This document shows, piece after piece, positions 56,099-58,733 of a DNA stretch of 58,733 nt. The first letter of the stretch is position 1; each line of letters opens with the position of its first letter. Source of the DNA: a virus (Duplodnaviria > Caudoviricetes); the IMG/VR virus record IMGVR_UViG_3300046792_000073, positions 1 through 58,733 of that record; one strand, 5' to 3'. The notes below the pieces were generated by a model. It did not search any database and was not told where the DNA came from. It saw nothing but the letters and a program-made list of their open reading frames with translations. The translations under genes were made by a program, and so were the position numbers.

Positions 56099-56305
56099 AT
56101 GACCCAGACCGCCGCCCAGCAGCAGCCGGCCGAGACCATCGACGACGTCGTCGCCCAGATCGAGGCCGGCCGGCGCGGGTACACCGGCATCGTCACCGGC
56201 GAGCCGTTCGCCGACGACCAGGGCACCCGCTGGCACCAAGTATTCGAATACACCAACGGCCGCTGCACCGACGCCTACGTCAGCCGCCACGGCCAGCAGA
56301 TCTGA
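56099..56305 (+). CDS. Hypothetical early protein
   Basis: Promoter plus RBS. Confidence 0.75.
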   Translation: MTQTAAQQQPAETIDDVVAQIEAGRRGYTGIVTGEPFADDQGTRWHQVFEYTNGRCTDAYVSRHGQQI

Positions 56306-56321
56306 GAGAGGACCGACCGCC

Positions 56322-56738
56322 ATGATCGCCATCGGAGAGACCACCGTCGAGGTCGTCAACGGCCTGCCCGTCCTGGTCACCCGCGAGCAGGACATCGTCG
56401 AGATCACCCCCACCAGCCGGACCGTGACGCCGATGTTCCGGCGCGAGGTCATCGGCGCCACCCCGGAACTGGCCGGCGTCGAGATCGCCGCCGCCGAGTT
56501 CGGCCCGGACTGCTGGCACGTCACCCCGGTCTGGGCGCACGTTGACCGCCCGGACACGGGCGGGATCTCGGTCCGTGGGCGCAAGCTCGCTGACCGGCTG
56601 CGCGCAGCGATCCGCGACGGCAAGGCGATCACCGGCGACGCCGTCCTCGTCGATGTCAACGGCCGGACCTACGTCGATGCCCGGCATCACGTCCTGTCCC
56701 GCATGCTTAACGCGGACCTGCGCCGGCTCGGTTACTGA
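56322..56738 (+). CDS. Hypothetical early protein
   Basis: RBS GAGAGAGGA. Confidence 0.75.
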   Translation: MIAIGETTVEVVNGLPVLVTREQDIVEITPTSRTVTPMFRREVIGATPELAGVEIAAAEFGPDCWHVTPVWAHVDRPDTGGISVRGRKLADRLRAAIRDGKAITGDAVLVDVNGRTYVDARHHVLSRMLNADLRRLGY

Positions 56739-56766
56739 CCAGACCCGGCGGATCGGCCCGGATGCC

Positions 56767-56807
56767 TTGGCAGGCGTCCGGGCCGCCCTGTATTCTTAAC
56801 ACGTAAG
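56767..56807 (+). promoter_or_regulatory. Repeat promoter 3
   Basis: TTGGCA-N18-TATTCTTAACACGTAAG. Confidence 0.85.
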
Positions 56808-56826
56808 CGAGAGAGAGGAACCCGAA

Positions 56827-57093
56827 ATGACGACCGCGACGCTCACCCGGGCCGAGGGACTCAACGTCCTCGACGACCTGCGCGAGACCCTGATCCATTC
56901 GGCCACCTGCGAGCAGCCCGGCGCCCAGTGCCCCGCCTGCGACGCCGACCACCTGATCGCCCGGGTCACCCGCGACCTGTACGACAGCTACCCGCTCGCC
57001 GACGCCGTCCAGACCGCCGCCCTGATCGCCCTCGACCTGCCGTATGCGCTCGGCCGGGACGTCAAGGCGATCGTCGCCCGCATTGCCGAATGA
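56827..57093 (+). CDS. Hypothetical early protein
   Basis: H...C......CPAC. Confidence 0.75.
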   Translation: MTTATLTRAEGLNVLDDLRETLIHSATCEQPGAQCPACDADHLIARVTRDLYDSYPLADAVQTAALIALDLPYALGRDVKAIVARIAE

Positions 57094-57150
57094 CCACCAG
57101 CCGGCGCCGGCCATCGACCGGCACCGGCCAGCTTGAGAGAGGAACGACCG

Positions 57151-57603
57151 ATGACCGCCGACCAGATGATGATCCTCGCCAACCACGAGACCTACTGCCC
57201 CGAGCACGGCGGCTACCGCGACGAGTGCGGCTGCCCGGCCTACCCGCGCGCCGCCGCCGTCGAGGCCAAATGGGGGAAGGCGCACCCGCTGTTCGCCCAG
57301 ATGCGCCAGATCGACCGGCAGAACGTCCTCGACCACGCCGCCCTGACCGGGCAGGGCAACCCGCTCGCCGGCCTGGTCGCCGCGTTCGACGCCGAGCGCG
57401 CCGCCGTCGAGGCCACCCAGACGGCGCCCAGCGTCCCCGTCCCGATCGATCGGGCGATCCACCAGGGGAACACCTGCCCGGTCTGCGGCAAGCAGCACAG
57501 CCGCCCGTCGGCGATCTCGGCGAGACACGTCGCCCAGGCGCTGGCATCCGGGGTCACCGGCTACGACTACGACGCCGAGCGCTGGGTGGGGACGACGTCA
57601 TGA
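57151..57603 (+). CDS. Hypothetical zinc-binding protein
   Basis: CPEH...CGC, CPVCGK.H. Confidence 0.75.
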   Translation: MTADQMMILANHETYCPEHGGYRDECGCPAYPRAAAVEAKWGKAHPLFAQMRQIDRQNVLDHAALTGQGNPLAGLVAAFDAERAAVEATQTAPSVPVPIDRAIHQGNTCPVCGKQHSRPSAISARHVAQALASGVTGYDYDAERWVGTTS

Positions 57604-57737
57604 TCACCGTGTGGGCCAGGTTCCTCGACGGCAGGACCGACTGCTGGGGGACCGAGGGCGGCGAGACCGACGCCCTGATCGCCGAGCTATGGGACGACCC
57701 TGAGGTCGTCGAGGTGTGGACCGAGGGCGACTACTAG
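57600..57737 (+). CDS. Small acidic protein
   Basis: ATGA overlap; D/E/W-rich, 45 aa. Confidence 0.6.
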   Translation: MITVWARFLDGRTDCWGTEGGETDALIAELWDDPEVVEVWTEGDY

Positions 57738-57808
57738 GGCCAGCAGCCCGGCCGGGCCGGCTGTCAACGGATCGTTGGCAGCCGGCCCGATTAATTACCG
57801 GGAAGGGG

Positions 57809-57849
57809 TAGGCAAGGACGGACCCCGCCCTGTATTCTTAACACGTAAG
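57809..57849 (+). promoter_or_regulatory. Repeat promoter 4
   Basis: TAGGCA-N18-TATTCTTAACACGTAAG. Confidence 0.85.
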
Positions 57850-57873
57850 CAGTTGAGAGAGAAGGAACCGGAA

Positions 57874-58119
57874 ATGCTCGACACGCTGATGGCCCGGGGC
57901 TACTTCCCCGCCGACGACGCCCCCGCCGGCGCCAACTGGTTTGAACTGACCGCCGGCCCGCGCGGCGTGGTCCGCGTCGTCGTCGAGGACGGCACCGCCG
58001 AGATCTACGTCAACGATGCCCGCAGCGTGAACTACTCGCAGGCCCGCCTGACCGGCGCCTCGCCGGCCATGTTCGACGCCGTCCTGGCCGCCGCCGAGTC
58101 CGACGCCAGCCAGATCTGA
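57874..58119 (+). CDS. Hypothetical early protein
   Basis: Promoter plus RBS gagagagaaggaacc. Confidence 0.75.
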   Translation: MLDTLMARGYFPADDAPAGANWFELTAGPRGVVRVVVEDGTAEIYVNDARSVNYSQARLTGASPAMFDAVLAAAESDASQI

Positions 58120-58136
58120 GAGAGGAACCGACCGCC

Positions 58137-58691
58137 ATGTGCATCCGCTGCGGCACCGGCTCAATCGCCTGGTGCACCCACCCCACCCACCACGGCGAGG
58201 ACAACCCGGCCCGGACGGTCCACGGGATCGCCACGACCCACACGTTCGACCCGGCCCCCGACTGCCTCGGGCCGAACTGCTGGCACGACAACATGACCAG
58301 CTACACGACCGACGCGTCCCCCGAGCAGATCGACCTGTCGGTCCGGTGGCGGGTCACCCTCGACGCGCACTCGGCCGCCCTGCGCGCCCTGCTCGACCCG
58401 GACCTGCCCCCCGGGACGATGGCGATGATCCCGCTCGTCCAGCCGGGCAAGCAGCACGGCTGGTGGGAGACCGGGCAGCCCGTCGAGACCGTCCCCGGCG
58501 TGATCATCCTGGCGACCGAGGGCGGCCACGACGACTCGGCCAAGACGGTCCCCGGGAAGGTCCTGGACTACTCCGCAGCCCGCACCCTGGCCGACAAGAT
58601 CGCCGAGACCTACCTCGCCGGCCGTGACGGCACGTTCGGTCACGCGGTCGTCGAGGCAAACGGCTCGACGTTCGTCCACGAAGGGATCTGA
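58137..58691 (+). CDS. Hypothetical early protein
   Basis: RBS TGAGAGAGGAACCG; N-terminal Cys/His cluster. Confidence 0.75.
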   Translation: MCIRCGTGSIAWCTHPTHHGEDNPARTVHGIATTHTFDPAPDCLGPNCWHDNMTSYTTDASPEQIDLSVRWRVTLDAHSAALRALLDPDLPPGTMAMIPLVQPGKQHGWWETGQPVETVPGVIILATEGGHDDSAKTVPGKVLDYSAARTLADKIAETYLAGRDGTFGHAVVEANGSTFVHEGI

Positions 58692-58711
58692 TCCCGGTAA
58701 GAAAAGTGGCC

Positions 58712-58733
58712 GGTTCCCGTAGGCACGGGAACC
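58712..58733 (+). promoter_or_regulatory. Truncated promoter copy: hairpin with TAGGCA at its apex
   Basis: GGTTCCCGT-AGGC-ACGGGAACC; preceded by TAAGAAAAGT as at 54390. Confidence 0.6.

Larger units (their letters stand above)
1..58733. mobile_element. Tailed dsDNA bacteriophage genome (siphovirus-like, actinobacterial host inferred), near complete
   Basis: Ordered terminase-portal-protease-capsid-tail-lysis module, then recombination, replication and early genes; no host housekeeping genes; very high GC and actinophage-type holin, tail tube and endolysin. Confidence 0.96.

Noticed and set aside
48764-58733. Right-arm repeats as a CRISPR array or integron attC sites
   Set aside because: Irregular spacing of hundreds of bp, whole genes between copies, promoter consensus, and no cas gene or integrase
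1-58733. Terminal repeats or circular join; temperate lifestyle
   Set aside because: The ends share no long repeat and the right end breaks inside a promoter hairpin, so it is probably truncated; no integrase or immunity repressor was recognised, though one could lie outside the window

Overview
This window is a near-complete genome of a high-GC, long-tailed (siphovirus-like) actinobacterial phage. It probably starts close to the left genome end and is cut off inside a promoter repeat at the right. Left arm (+, 171-29553): terminase, portal, HK97 protease, capsid, head-tail proteins, tail tube, a -1 frameshifted chaperone, tape measure, Ig-rich tail proteins and a lysis cassette. Leftward operon (-, 41784-29574): RecE/RecT, HNH, two GT2 glycosyltransferases, a methyltransferase and a YdjM-like hydrolase. 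Right arm (+, 42260-58691): AAA helicase with a probable iteron origin, RusA, papain-like protease, DUF932, a Spo11/TopoVIA-like Toprim protein, ParB plus C5 methyltransferase, and an array of small promoter-led cassettes. I recognised no integrase, DNA polymerase, primase, tRNA or CRISPR array. The main leads are (1) a structured non-coding segment at the divergent control region whose unpaired tract is the exact antisense of an extended GAGAGAGGAACC ribosome-binding motif in front of about 15 early genes, a candidate multi-target phage sRNA; (2) promoter cassettes whose -35 box sits in the loop of covarying hairpins; (3) an Ig (He_PIG) domain split between two tail genes with a third gene inserted between them; and (4) a dispersed glycosylation system. 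All family calls are from motif recognition by eye; no searches were run.
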